DNA of 64,000 nucleotides from Spizellomyces punctatus DAOM BR117. Its lineage: Eukaryota. The notes beneath the pieces were generated by a model. It was not told the DNA's origin. It ran no database searches and saw nothing but the letters and a program-made list of their open reading frames with translations. Shown here piece by piece: positions 12,770-25,284 of this stretch; the stretch's first letter is position 1; the number at the start of each line of letters is the position of its first letter. The DNA lies in NCBI GenBank assembly GCA_000182565.2, contig KQ257452.1, one strand, 5' to 3'. The translations under genes and the position numbers were made by a program.

Positions 12770-14406
12770 ATGGTCGTGAAGTTCTCTCCAGGACTACTGG
12801 AGCAGGTGAAGAAGCTCGCAACACATCCGCAAACCCCCGTCTCCCTCAAGCAGTTTGTAGAATTTGGTAGGTTTCAAACTGGACTGATAGATGCCTCTGG
12901 GCGGTTCCAGCTCACATGCAGATCATTGTGCTTGAGGCCAAGAACACGTTGAACGCGTTGAAAGCTAACGATTTTGAGCTTCGCTTTTGAAGGGCACCGA
13001 CCATCACCATTAACCATCCTGCGTGGCAATCAGTTTGTTCAAAATGAGCTCCCAGTTCGCTTGGCTCACCGTGTTGTGGAACTCGAGAATCTGCCACATG
13101 GGCTGTCGGATATGCCCAGTATCAAGCGCGTGAAGGACTGGTACACGCAGAGCTTTGAAGATCTTATGAATCTTCCTGGACCGGAATCCTACGGTGTACC
13201 AATGAAAGCTTTGCAACAAGCTACTGACGACTCGGGTACAGGACGGAAAGGTATGTTGACACAATGGGCGCAAGCGGCGAAGATGCGGCTAACCTGTAAT
13301 GTTTACAGGCCTAAAGTAAGCCAATTAAAATGGTCGCACCGTGGATATTAGCACGCTCGGCTGACGAATACGTTTCTGCTAGATACTTCAATCCTGGGAA
13401 CAATGGTAACAATGGTAATGACATACAGGAGCTCGATGCGTGGAATGCAGATTTCATCAAATGCATAGAGAGGATCAAAAGACGTCACGATCCCACCGTA
13501 ACAACTGTTGGTAAGTATGCTCCGCTGTGGATGAGCCCTGCACGTGGTATTTACATACCCATCCAGCACAAGGAGTTTTGGAACTGAAACAACATTGGCA
13601 ACGATCGAATTCCCCTTTGCTGAAGAACACATCCGGCTCGCCCCTACCTCTTCCCACTGCAATCCAATCCTTTCTTGACCGCTTCTACATGTCGCGTATT
13701 GGAATTCGAATGCTGATTGGACAAACGGTCGCCCTTCACAAATCTTCGATTGATCCTCGCCTCACTCGTGATGACTATGTGGGCATCATATGCACAAAAA
13801 CCAATCTGGGTCAGGTGGCAAAGGAAGCTGCTCAGGACGCACGAACCATTTGTCAGGACTACTACGGCGTATGGGGTGGGCCAGAAATCAAACTTCTTGG
13901 GAATCAGGACGTCGAGTTTATGTATGTGCCATCGCACTTGCATCACATGCTATTCGAGCTGTTGAAGAACTCGCTAAGAGCCGTGGTCGAGCGATACGGT
14001 GTAGATTGCGATGAGTGGCCAGAGATAAAACTGGTGGTGGCAGAGGGCAAAGAAGACATAACCATAAAGATCAGTGATGAGGGCGGAGGCATCCCTAGGA
14101 GTGGAATGCCCTTGATCTGGACATATATGTACACAACAGCCGAGAACCCTTTGCTGGAAGAAGGGTACGACCGCAGTGATTTTAGAGCACCAATGGCGGG
14201 GTAAGTAGTCGCGACAACCAGTCATTTACGACATAATCTTTTGACATGACGATATTTGAAATAGTTACGGGTATGGGTTACCTATAACGCGTTTGTATGC
14301 GCGATATTTTGGAGGTGACCTACGTCTGATCAGTATGGAAGGATATGGAACAGATGCATATTTGCATCTTTCCAGATTAAGTGATAGCGAGGAACCGCTA
14401 CCTTGA
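12770..14406 (+). CDS. Mitochondrial pyruvate dehydrogenase kinase (PDK/BCKDK family)
   Basis: [82 protein letters not shown]. Confidence 0.95.
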
Positions 14407-14522
14407 TTGTCATCATCCTTTTATGAACTGCATTAAAGCGATTGAACGGGGAATCTAGATCGAATGCTTTAAAAAGAATGTAAATATGAAATACATATGT
14501 CCTTGAACAGGGCAACCAGCGT

Positions 14523-15829
14523 TCAGCTTCCATAGAGTCTGAACAGCTTGCTGACACCCTCGTAAACCCCAAACGTCACACATGTGCCCGGAAGAACGCG
14601 GATGATATTGATGCCCATTCCCTTGTAGAAACCGCGAATACCCTCACGACTAGAACACTAGTGAGGAACAATCTGATTCACGGAAAGAATGTGCAAACGT
14701 AAATGCATACCTGTATATTATCTTGATGGTTCCCAAAACTCCTTTATAAACGACATTTTGGTGTCCTATCTGGTACTGCAGACGAGAGCGCAACACTTGG
14801 TATGGATATGTGCATACTGTGGCAAACACCTTGGATGTGGCTGCCATGACCAAGTACTCGCCCGTGTCCTGATGGCGCTTACTTCAGACTTTTCCGGGTG
14901 TCATGAGGCACATGTATGCATGAACATACCAGCTTATTTATGTCTTTCCCCGGCATGGCCTCCTGTCTCCATTTCTTCATCTCTTCATAGGCCATGAACT
15001 GGAGAGCACCGTGCGACACTCCAAAGAATGCCGGGACCATGCCTTTGTACAGCCCTCGAAGTCCTTCCTCGTTCCATAGACGTTTCAAGCCATCTAGGCA
15101 ACTTTGGAATGAGCACCATAAAGCAAGCAATTGATAGCTGACAATCTATAATGTACGTACCCGGAACGCCTTTGTAGGCACCTGCGTCTGATGCCCGTGT
15201 GGCGCACATTCGGGTTTTGATAACCCAAAAAGGATTTGAGCAGACTGCAGTCAATGCACCTGTTCATGGAGTGAAGGCATACATGAGCGATCGATGTGCT
15301 TTGATGTATGATGTGCATCATATATGAGGTATTCAAACCTGCCTCAGCGGACGCAAGGAGGTGCTGCCCGGGTCCAAGTTGCTGGGCGGGGGTATCGCGC
15401 ATCCAGTCTTTTATGATGGAATACCTTCAGCATACCAAAGAGTGAACATCAATCCCGCACAGTAGGCGGTAAGAGGCATTGAGTACTTACCACCAGAAAT
15501 ACATTCCCCATGACACTGTCGCTCCAGCCAAATTAGGAGTCACACCACGATACAGCCCACGAACCCCACCTTCGTCTCTCCATATACGGCGAAATGCATC
15601 GAGGCTGGACAGACGGCGTGTTGAAGCATCGACTGATAACAAATAAGATGTTGTCAGTGTGACGGAACACTAGTCGACTGGATACAACGGACAACACACT
15701 TTGAAATCGGGTCTTCACCAAGTCCAAAGGGTGAAGCAGGACCGTAGAAGCAGCTCCCGCGGTGAACCCTGCTAGGGCTTGATCTGTTGCGACGCTTCCT
15801 GTGAACGTCTTTGGTTGTTGATATGCCAT
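14523..15829 (-). CDS. FLX1: Mitochondrial folate/FAD carrier (SLC25A32/Flx1 family)
   Basis: Three carrier repeats: [32 protein letters not shown]. Also [16 protein letters not shown]. Confidence 0.9.
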
Positions 15830-15882
15830 TTGCATCTGGCGGACGGGAGGATTTTTGATGCCAGCGGTCTTCGAGATCCACT

Positions 15883-15896
15883 GTTGACATGGCTAC
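15883..15896. promoter_or_regulatory. X-box (RFX-type) motif in the FLX1/GON7 divergent promoter
   Basis: GTTGACATGGCTAC. Confidence 0.5.
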
Positions 15897-16041
15897 GCGA
15901 TGCCTCGTAGCTAAGCACCTTCCCTCCTCCACACCAACGAGAGCTTTCAACTTTGTTCAAATCTGCCTCCAAACAGATTGCCGGAGGGGACACACTCACT
16001 GCTAGTCCAGTGGCTCCAAGCAAGTTTCACTATCGATCAGG

Positions 16042-16374
16042 ATGGCGGCACCTACTTCGATCTCAAGGCTAACCGCACAGTACACATGCGAAACTTCCTC
16101 CCAAGCTCAACCAATAACCATCTACTCAATAGACCTTTCGACTCCCTCCACGACGAGTATTACTGAACAGATGAAGGTGCTGAGCGCTTCTCTATTGGAT
16201 ATGCAGAACCAAACCAACTCTTTCCTAACGGAAGAGATGCGAAAGTTGGAAGGGAAGGATGTAGTAGAGGACAATGATAATGGAGAGAATGAGGAAGAGG
16301 ATAGTGGAGATGACAGTGCCGAGGATACAAGACATGAGAGTTTGAATGGAGGCGAGAAACGGAGAAAACTTTAA
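16042..16374 (+). CDS. GON7: Probable KEOPS/EKC subunit Gon7-like small acidic protein
   Basis: 110-aa intronless ORF with LTAQY near the N-terminus, helix LSASLLDMQNQTNSFLTEEM and an acidic tail. This layout resembles fungal Gon7/C14orf142. Confidence 0.65.
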   Translation: MAAPTSISRLTAQYTCETSSQAQPITIYSIDLSTPSTTSITEQMKVLSASLLDMQNQTNSFLTEEMRKLEGKDVVEDNDNGENEEEDSGDDSAEDTRHESLNGGEKRRKL

Positions 16375-16572
16375 TGGTCATCAATAATCATACTGATAAC
16401 AAAAGCTGTTGCCGCTTTGAAAATAGGGCTTTGGACACTTTCATCTTCCACTGGATTCTTATCTTTCAAACGCTGGAAGGACATGCATGCTGGAAGCGAG
16501 CTCATACTAGCGCAATAACTACCGTCTGGTCCCAAAGACTTCGACGGGCGAAGTGGTGCAGATCGTTGATTC

Positions 16573-16595
16573 GTTTTCATGGCAACAGTGAGTCA
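16573..16595 (+). promoter_or_regulatory. X-box + AG + TGAGTCA composite upstream of COG8
   Basis: GTTTTCATGGCAAC-AG-TGAGTCA. Confidence 0.6.
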
Positions 16596-16675
16596 TGCGA
16601 GCAGAACGCGGCGTTGATCGCGCGGCACTTCTGCTGTCGTCCTTCCACCACCCGATCTTCCCCATCCCCGCAAGC

Positions 16676-18988
16676 ATGGAGCGCATCCTGACGAGAAACC
16701 ATGCTATCAATGCACATACATCCACAGTCTCATATGGACACGATCTTCTTGTTACATTGCTGGAAGAGACGGCGACGGAAACAGCCCGCCTCCTCCAAGC
16801 TCCACCAACACCCTCAACGCCCACACCACAAACCCCACAGCAAGAGCATGCACAAGTTCCCCGAAGACCCTCGTCAATGCTTCTATCACGTAAACCGTCT
16901 ACGTTTGCGGCGAAACCAGAAACCCTTCCTGCGCATCCTACGCGCAAGGTGTCCCAGGCTCTATTGGAAGACCAACACGTGACATCGATAGAACGAGGAC
17001 CAGCACCTGCTGCTGGTACGGAGATAGTAACCAAAGAACTCTTTGCTGACGCAGAATACCAATCCTATCTTGACTATCTAACCTCTTGCTCATTGGAGTC
17101 ACTTAAAAATGAGCCCGTGTCATTGACGAAGGAGGCTACCCGATTACAACAACAACTAGCGGATCTCGCCTACACTGAATACCGATCATTCTTGCGCGCG
17201 AATGAGTGCACGAGAGCATTCCGCGACACGTTTGAAGCGTTGGAAAGTCGACTAGACTCACTCACGAGCTTGCTGCCGGATCTTGAGAGAGAGTGCACTT
17301 CCTTCGCCTCCTCGTCAGCTGCTGACGTGTTGAAACAAAGACGACGCGAACATTTGGTTCTTAACCAACACTCGAAATTGGTGGAGATTCTCGAAATACC
17401 TCAGCTCATGGATACATTGATTCGAAACGGATACTATGAAGAAGCAATGGATTTGCATACTCATGTACAACGACTGCTGCTTCGATTTCCGCATTTCGAG
17501 CTCTTGAAGTCCGTGGCCGATGACCTTGATGAGGCAATCAAAGTCATGTTGGCACAGCTCGTAAACCTTTTCGCGGGCGATGTGAAATTGCCGTTGTGTA
17601 TCCGTGTTGTGGGCTATCTACGACGCATGGAGGCCTTACCTGAGCCCGAATTAAGGTTGACATTTTTGCAACAACGAGATAAATTTTTTCGAAAGCGCAT
17701 TGAAGAAGGTTGCGGGAAGGAACCGAGTGGTACTGGTGCAGGCAAGGATCATCTCGACTACCTAAAGAAATACATCGATGTTTGGACGTGTCGAGAGTGT
17801 TTTTTCGATATCGTTGCCCAATATCGAGGGATATTTTCCGATTCCCTAAACACGCAGACAAGTCACGCAACCACTGAAGCACATCAGGGGAAGTCAACTT
17901 CCGCACTCCTCTACGACGCCACGGCCCATCCAACACTCACGCAGTCCATTCTCACTTCATACGTCACATACCGCATCGAACACCTATGCACCACATTGAA
18001 AACTCATCTACCGCATGTTACGGACGCAAGTCAGGTCGCCAGCTTGTCAACACAAACCATGTATTTCGGGATGAGTCTTGGGTGGGTGGGAATTGATTTA
18101 CGTGGATTAGTTGGACCGCTATTTGAAGAAACGGTTGCGGGGATTGTTGAGAAAATCATTGGGGAAAGTGTACGAGATTTTGTTGGGTGGGTGAAGGAAA
18201 ATTCTGCTGTCAGCATAGGAGCAGAATTAGGGACACCTACCGGGCGTACCACGACAGCAAAGGATCCGTTCTTGACGGGCATCTACGTCAAACACTCTAC
18301 CATTCCGAATGCAGAATGGACAACCCCACGAACTGGTGGCGGCCCTCAACCCATACGAGTCATACCGGCACCCACACCGCTATTGGCCCACCCACCTCTT
18401 GCACACCTTCTCAACGCCTTTTTCACCGCCTATAATAACCTACGCGCTCTCCCTGCACCATCTCTCCGGACCCGAATGGAATCGTATGTCCAGGAAAAAT
18501 TGATCCTCTGTGCGGAGACCTTGGACGAGGGAATCGCGTCTGGATGGGATGGTTGGTCCGAAGACGGCAGGAAGATTGCAAAATTAGCTGCTGCTGCATG
18601 GATAGATATGTTAGTGCCAAACGTGATGGATGGTCTACAAATGGTGTTTGGTGGGCAGAAAGCTGAAGGTGCTAGTCAGCTAGAAAAGATTGTGGGGCCA
18701 TTGAAGAAGTGGTTGGTGGATTCCAGCGGTCAACAGGACAATGCAGAGTCACAAACTGTACTCGCAGCAAATGACGAGGCCGTCCCTGTAGGACAGAACG
18801 GCGGACTCGCCAAAAGTGAGAATCAGAAAGACAGCGATGGTGACGACTTGCATCCCTTGGAAGCGAAACCGGATGAGGATGAACGGGATACAAACCTAGG
18901 TGACCAGGAGAGGGTGACACCGGCTGCTGTGAAAGTTACTGTCGCTGCACATCCTTTAGAAGGACCCGATGCATCGGGCAATGGCTGA
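16676..18988 (+). CDS. COG8: Conserved oligomeric Golgi complex subunit 8 (Dor1)
   Basis: LVEILEIPQLMDTLIRNGYYEEAMDL, LPLCIRVVGYLRRM, FFDIVAQYRGIF, LLAHPPLAHLLN. Single long ORF; start could be 16595 or 16676. Confidence 0.93.
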   Translation: MERILTRNHAINAHTSTVSYGHDLLVTLLEETATETARLLQAPPTPSTPTPQTPQQEHAQVPRRPSSMLLSRKPSTFAAKPETLPAHPTRKVSQALLEDQHVTSIERGPAPAAGTEIVTKELFADAEYQSYLDYLTSCSLESLKNEPVSLTKEATRLQQQLADLAYTEYRSFLRANECTRAFRDTFEALESRLDSLTSLLPDLERECTSFASSSAADVLKQRRREHLVLNQHSKLVEILEIPQLMDTLIRNGYYEEAMDLHTHVQRLLLRFPHFELLKSVADDLDEAIKVMLAQLVNLFAGDVKLPLCIRVVGYLRRMEALPEPELRLTFLQQRDKFFRKRIEEGCGKEPSGTGAGKDHLDYLKKYIDVWTCRECFFDIVAQYRGIFSDSLNTQTSHATTEAHQGKSTSALLYDATAHPTLTQSILTSYVTYRIEHLCTTLKTHLPHVTDASQVASLSTQTMYFGMSLGWVGIDLRGLVGPLFEETVAGIVEKIIGESVRDFVGWVKENSAVSIGAELGTPTGRTTTAKDPFLTGIYVKHSTIPNAEWTTPRTGGGPQPIRVIPAPTPLLAHPPLAHLLNAFFTAYNNLRALPAPSLRTRMESYVQEKLILCAETLDEGIASGWDGWSEDGRKIAKLAAAAWIDMLVPNVMDGLQMVFGGQKAEGASQLEKIVGPLKKWLVDSSGQQDNAESQTVLAANDEAVPVGQNGGLAKSENQKDSDGDDLHPLEAKPDEDERDTNLGDQERVTPAAVKVTVAAHPLEGPDASGNG

Positions 18989-19324
18989 TTTAATAACAAT
19001 AATAATTATCAGAGCCTCTACCGTAGTTTCCTTTGGCTGTCTTCATGTTTAGGTCGAGTTGGGACGGGATTTCAGTTCGTCACGAGCTGATCGTTAGATT
19101 TTGAAATTAGTCGGCATTTCTCTCCAGAATGCCAGCCATCATTCATGGCACAGGTGGTCGATGAAGGTGGACTGCGGCCATTACCAAAGCGAAAGTGAGG
19201 CCATTGTTTGACATCCAAACGGTCAGAGGATACGACCATCAATGAGCGTCACAACCCAGACCCAATATTATATTCTGATCATCCTTTCAGCACATCCAGT
19301 AGAATCACTAAAATCGGCGCACGC

Positions 19325-21945
19325 TCACCGCCCACTGTCTGGGCTACGTCTCTCACTTTCGATGCCATCCATTTCATTCGTATCTTGTTTCGAAACATCG
19401 TCGTCGTCACCTTCCCATCGCCCACGCTTTGCTGCCCGACCATTTTCTTCTTGATCATCTTCGTTGTCGTCACCATCGTCGTCTTCCTCTTCCTCCTCGC
19501 TCTCCTCCTCGCTTTCTTCGTCTCCATTTCGTTTTTGCATTTGTGCCATCCGCTGTTTCCATTGATGTGCAACAGCCAATAGCTTGAAGTTTGGTCGTTC
19601 AGTTTCGTCATCAGGGAAGATGTAATCGTAGTACTCCTCCCAGCCGCTCTCCTCCCCTGTAACTTCGTCCACAACCTTTCGGCGCTTCTTGACCGCCCGC
19701 GGCATTTTATCCTGGACCTTCGCAAGACCCTCTGCATCCCCATGAGTACGTTCAAAGTCCCGCCATGCTTCAAGGAGAACCACTCGTTCCTCCTTGCCTC
19801 CTTCTCCCCGCTTTTGAAGCGTTGTGTACGCCCGATTGAAGATCTTTCTTGCAGCGTCGACCCGCGCACCATCTTCACCATTGTCCAGAGCCGTGTATTC
19901 AAAGTTGGCAAAGCTCACCCAGACCTGTACCAGATGCACGTTACATGATGTACAAAAAATTCCAATTACTACCATGGGTGCATACCTTTACATGCTCAGT
20001 CCTCTGTAGCAGTCGTTCGTAAAGAGCTCTTCCCTTTTTCCACTCCGCTTCTTCAACCTCAAAGTCAATATATCCTTTCCACAACACCTCTGGCATATCG
20101 AGTAATGGTTGCTCAACGGCGATTTCAAAGATTCCTCTGCTCCTCTCTACATCACCGAGCATTTTTTCCAACTCTGCGTACTTGATCCAGGCATAGCAGT
20201 TACTGGCGTTCCATTGGAGATACTTTTCGTAAAGACTTCTCACGCGGTCGAATTCTCTAAGCTGAATTTCAAGTTCGATGTAGCCTTTGAAGAGCTTCTC
20301 CTTCGGACAAAGGCCGATAGCAGTACCAAGGGTCCGTCGTGCTGCGGTAAGGTCAAGGCGTCGAATGAGGAAGTGTGCATACTGTAGCCACACTTTGGCA
20401 AAGGTGAAATTTTTGTGCGGAACTATTTTTATACATTGCTGATACACATCCTTCGTGCGGTCGTAATCCTGCAATTGACAAGGTGTCAGCATAACGGTCT
20501 TGTCGATGATGTAAGCGAGTTTGGACCAACCTTCGCCACCATTTCCTCCCATACGGCGTAAAAGATCCACAAATATATGTAACGCCGCCAGAATCTCTTC
20601 TCGGCAATTGGCGGAACTTGAGCGATCGCTCGCTCGTACACATTTCGCACTTTGGCTTGATCACCTGCAGACTCTTCCAGCCGTACATAGTCGAACCAGA
20701 TGTCATAGTTTTTCGGATTTGCGGCTAGTTCCTGGAGGGCGGCTGTCAGCGCACAATAATTCACCTTTAATAATGCCTACGATCAAAATACCTCTTCATA
20801 TTTGACCCGCCGCTTTCCTATGATGACATCTTCAATACCCTCCTTCCCACCGTGTTGCTTTTCAAATTGGGTATACATGTTGTAGAGGTTTTCTGTTTGG
20901 CCTTTAGGAAGCTTATCTAGAGCGTACTTGTAAATTACACGGGCTCGCTCAATTTCTTTCTGTCTCGTCTCGAATTTGGCAAACGAGACGTAAACGTTTT
21001 GGTCAATAAATTCTTCGCCAAGCATTTCAAGACACTTTTCGTATATCTCGCGGGCACTGTCTGCATGTTCAGATGTTATTTTTCCCATTCTCACCTGATC
21101 AAGAATTCTGCATAATAGTTTACCTTGTTTCCCTATCGATTCCTCGAATTTGGCCCATTTGATCCAGTTTTTCGGCTGAGGATGTATTCCAACAAATCGT
21201 CTGAAGATGTCTCTTGCCCGGTCAAGTTCCCGATATCGCTTTTCCATTTTAACATAAGCCATCCACGCTTCCTCTGCCGGTTCCCATTTCATCCATCGTT
21301 CAAATACTTGTCGAGCACCGGCCACGTTTCCCAACAACTCCTCCATGTAGACATATTTGTACCAAAACGTATCCACACGAGGGAGGACTGACACAGCTCG
21401 ATCAAAAATATTCCGTGCTCGATTTACATTCTTGTGCTTCATTTCCATCTCAGCATATCGTAACCAAAGCACCTGATTTCGATGGTCTACATCGAGTGCC
21501 CGCTCGTATATAGACCGAGCCCTACGCATGAGAAACCAATATAAGTAAGAATATTCCTTTATAAAAACAAGACACATGGTCTTTTATTCTGCAGACGATA
21601 ACACACCTATCCATTTCCTTTACGGACTCTTCCCAAGCAGCATATTTCAGCCAGGCTGCCATGCCATGTTTATTGCGCCTAACTTTATCCTCAAACTCTT
21701 TTCGCTTTCGCAGCCGATATTCATCGAGTTCCTCTCCATCCGCAATCTTCTGTTTGGGAACGGTAGCACCGGCTTCTTGACGCTCCTTGGACTCACGTAG
21801 AATCTGCTCCGCTGTGATTTGCACAGGGGCGGGATTCTTGTTCTTGACCTGTGATCCAAGTAAAAGCTGAGTAAAAATACCCAACTTACAAAGATGTGCT
21901 ACTTCCTCGCCTGCGCACCTTTGCAGGTCTTGGTTGCCTGTCCAT
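19325..21945 (-). CDS. CLF1: Pre-mRNA splicing factor Clf1/crooked neck (HAT repeats)
   Basis: [62 protein letters not shown]. Confidence 0.96.
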
Positions 21946-22142
21946 GCTGAGTGGTTGGAGATGGAGATTCGATGGGAATACCTTACTAGATTCCGCCTAG
22001 CAAAAACCGAGCGAGAGAAGACAGAGACTCAATCTTATAGAGCGCTAGTACGACTAGCTTCAGTTCACGACTGCCTCGTAAATCTCAAATTGTGATGGAA
22101 GACGAGATCAGCTCCGTGCAACTCGTTGCATTTGCTCGTCAC

Positions 22143-22156
22143 GTTGCCATGACAAT
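22143..22156. promoter_or_regulatory. X-box-like motif in the CLF1/DCAF4 divergent region
   Basis: GTTGCCATGACAAT, preceded by the near-palindrome TGCAACTCGTTGCA. Confidence 0.45.
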
Positions 22157-22603
22157 GATGGCACAGTCAACACAGGGCAGCTATGTTCAAACGCCGATCG
22201 CTTTATTCCTTGGTCCCCCCAAAAGGCCTGATGCAACGATCGTGATAAAGTAGGCCATGCGGAATCTATAAGGCTGCTCCATTCAACTTGTGCTGTGGAG
22301 GATCTGCACCTTGGAGCGGCGCGTGTTCGCAAGGCCCAGGAAGCATGTAGCGATTCTGCCCAGCAAACAGAGGGTTGATTGCTAGATGACCAAAGACACT
22401 GGAAAGTCGTCTGAAATCTGAATTCCTTTGTCGGTCGATGCAGCGTTCTGTTGGTGGGTTCGGAACGTCAAACCCGTTTGGCATATCCGATCGGTAACGT
22501 AATCAATTACCCCATCGGCTTGGAGCTGTGCCACTACCTTGCAAGTTTCTCGTTGTGTTTTCCCGACCGTTGCGGTCGTCTCCCTGGATGAAGCCAAGCG
22601 TTC

Positions 22604-25151
22604 ATGCATCGACAGCCGCGGGGGGGACAGTCCCACGGTGATGCTCAGAGCAGTGGGAGGGGTCGGCGGTATCAGGGCGGTAATAGTGACTCATTAGATA
22701 GAGGAGGACCCGCGAGAAGAAAGCCGAGCTGGGGTGGTCACTCACGAACGCACCAACGTCAGTCAAGAAAACGGCCCCGTCACGGCTGGAAGGAAGGGCC
22801 CCAAGGCCTCGCCGACGCGGTGACGTCTGCCGACGTGGCTTCCTCCTCTGCTGACGATTCCAATACCGCTGTTCCTATGGAGATCCCTGGATATTATTTC
22901 GTATGTTTACAGCGCGAAGCGACAATGACTTGTCCAAGCTGATGTTTACTTTGAACAGGACCCAGAAAAAAACCGCTACTTTAAAATTGTTCCAAGTAAA
23001 CATGCGTCTTCATCTTCACGATATACTGTCGACGCGCTCCGTGAGCAAGAGGCAACAAAAGAACGAAACCGCGTAGCTGAGAATATTCAGAGGAAGCATC
23101 GTGAAGAGGTATAAGCCACTATCAGAGGCAACAGGTTACATATTTACTCATCCTGACTTTCACCCAGATTTTACCTTCCCGCCGGCATGGGGCCGGTTTC
23201 GTTTATCCAACTTTGCCGTTGTTTATAAGTGATCGGGAAATCAATGCCAGTCTGCATCGTCCAGGCGTCAATGTGCAAAGGTATCCTGGTGCATACAGTT
23301 TTATATATCTGTTTGACCAGACAGTCTAAAGCGGCAGCGAACATATCTAGCCGCGCGTGGGAAACTATGATAAAGTATCTTCGTCACCGGTCAACCATCC
23401 GAAATGCGGGTGGGGAAGTTGATGGAATCGGCTTTGTAATGCAGCCAGCAGACATCACCGATTTTCAGGTAGATATGCGCCGCTTCGATTGCATGCGCTC
23501 ACTTGCTAAAGTCGCGGGAATTTGTGAACACAGATGCATCCTTTTCGAAATCATGTCTGTGTAGGCCAAACTGATGGCTCTGTAAGGTAAACTGAGCAAA
23601 GATTGTTGTGGTAGTTCCTGGCTTCTATCGCGACAAACTCTTACATTTGCTGTGCACCATAAAAGACTCTTCGCGTTTGACGTTGAGCAGAAGGAAAGTG
23701 GCCCACCCCAGTACGAACAGAAAAGCCCGTACCTTCTGAGACATGAGGATTCGGAGGTGCGCTGTCATTCGCTTGTGATCTTTTCTTGTTTGTATGCACT
23801 CTACTTATCATGATCCGGAGCAGATCACCTCACTACATTATGGGCATGTCTCAGAAAATACTAGTACGATCATGTAGGAATCCTGACGTAATGGCTGTCT
23901 TGGTCGTCGTCTAATTTGATCCTTTTGCCATAGAACAACGTGCTTGGGGCTTGGTGGTCGACCCGGATCAGTCCAGGCGTACCAGTACCGACACCAGTCT
24001 CCATCGATTGGGCATAATCTATTTGCGGCAGGTCAGTTGCACTCAAATGAAGCGAGCAAAGCGTAATTTTATGCCCTTAAGCCTAATTCCCCCCGATATC
24101 GTAGAGGTTGGTACCTATCGGCTCATGATGAGCAAGATGAGTGTTTTCACCAGCGCAGTCGCAACGCTACCTCATGAAGCGGGCGGGTCTATAATTGCGG
24201 CAGGTACTTGTATTTTCGTCTCGCTTGACGCCGTAAGTGGTTCTCCTCACTCGCTTGCGGAAATTAGGTGCCAAGGGGAAAGCAATTGTCATAAAATCAT
24301 GGGAGGGAGGAAATGGAAATGCACAAGTCAGGCATTTGCTGATGCCTGGAAAAACAGACGTTCTTGCCCAAGCGTTTGACAAAATGGTTAGTGCGATTCC
24401 CTCTGGCGATGATGCAGCATGAAAGTCAACCCTACGATTCTGCATCCAGGGTACCGTTCTATATAGCGGGTGTCGGGACGGGTCGATACATCTTTTTGAT
24501 GTGCGCACATCAGGAACGATTGCAAATGAAATGACGCTAGGTCAATCCGGCAGAGGCGGAACTGTCCAGACTCATGAAGGTGGATCCATACGAAGGCTGG
24601 CTCATCCTTCTGCAATCTGTTGCATACAAGATCTAGGTGCGAATCAAGTTTTATCAGCTGCTATGGATGGCTCGGTAAGTTTATCAAATCACGGGCGAGT
24701 ACTACCGTGCCTAAAGCAGTGAGTTTATGCATCGATATCTGCAGATGTATATGTGGGACACGCGATTTCCGACTTCCCCTATTGTGGAGTTCCACGGCCA
24801 TGTTAATACGCATGCAAGAATCAACTTTTGTGTGAACGAAGACAAGAATGTACTTATTGCAGGTATGTTTTTGAGACGATGCCAATCACGGTTAGTTTGT
24901 ATCCAAACTTCACACTGTCGTTAGCTGGCCTAGACCGCCATCTGCGAGCATGGAGCATGCGTACAGGCGCGCTCCTTTCTCAGCAGCCACCCACACAAAC
25001 GAATGCAATCGGGCCGAGAATCATTAGATTCATGACAGATGGAAAGGATAATAGTAGCGGGTATTCTGAGCAGAATTCATGGGCACGTATGGCTGGTGGT
25101 CTGGTCTGGGGGGCGTGCGGCAAGGACATAGAGATATGGGGTTTGGAATGA
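22604..25151 (+). CDS. WD40 protein, DCAF4/WDR21-like
   Basis: EIPGYYF|DPEKNRYFKI across an intron, followed by WD repeats (DVLAQAF, LYSGCRDGSIHLFDVR, MYMWDTRF, GLDRHLRAWSMRTG). Confidence 0.8.
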
Positions 25152-25284
25152 GTACACCTATTCACCACTTCAAATCGCAAGCGAATCATTTCTATTGGAT
25201 ACTATCATTATTGAGACTACATTATGATACAGTTAGTTGCTATAGAAAAATATGATGGAAAGCACACTTATGGTACACTCTACA

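Noticed and set aside
12495-12870. Overlapping 100-120 aa ORFs upstream of the PDH kinase
   Set aside because: No recognisable motifs; the kinase starts plausibly at 12770, so these are likely incidental ORFs.
16360-16374. C-terminal RKL of the Gon7-like ORF as a PTS1
   Set aside because: Arg at -3 is atypical for PTS1; KRRKL is better explained as an NLS.
19208-19911. Long alternative-frame and antisense ORFs over the CLF1 3' end (similar shadow ORFs over NOP53, SPT2, DHHC and SERINC)
   Set aside because: Explained by codon bias and low-complexity sequence in the real genes.
23281-23324. GTATCCT donor resembling a U12-type intron in the DCAF4-like gene
   Set aside because: It reads GTATCCTGG rather than GTATCCTTT and has no TCCTTAAC branch site, so it fits an ordinary U2 intron.
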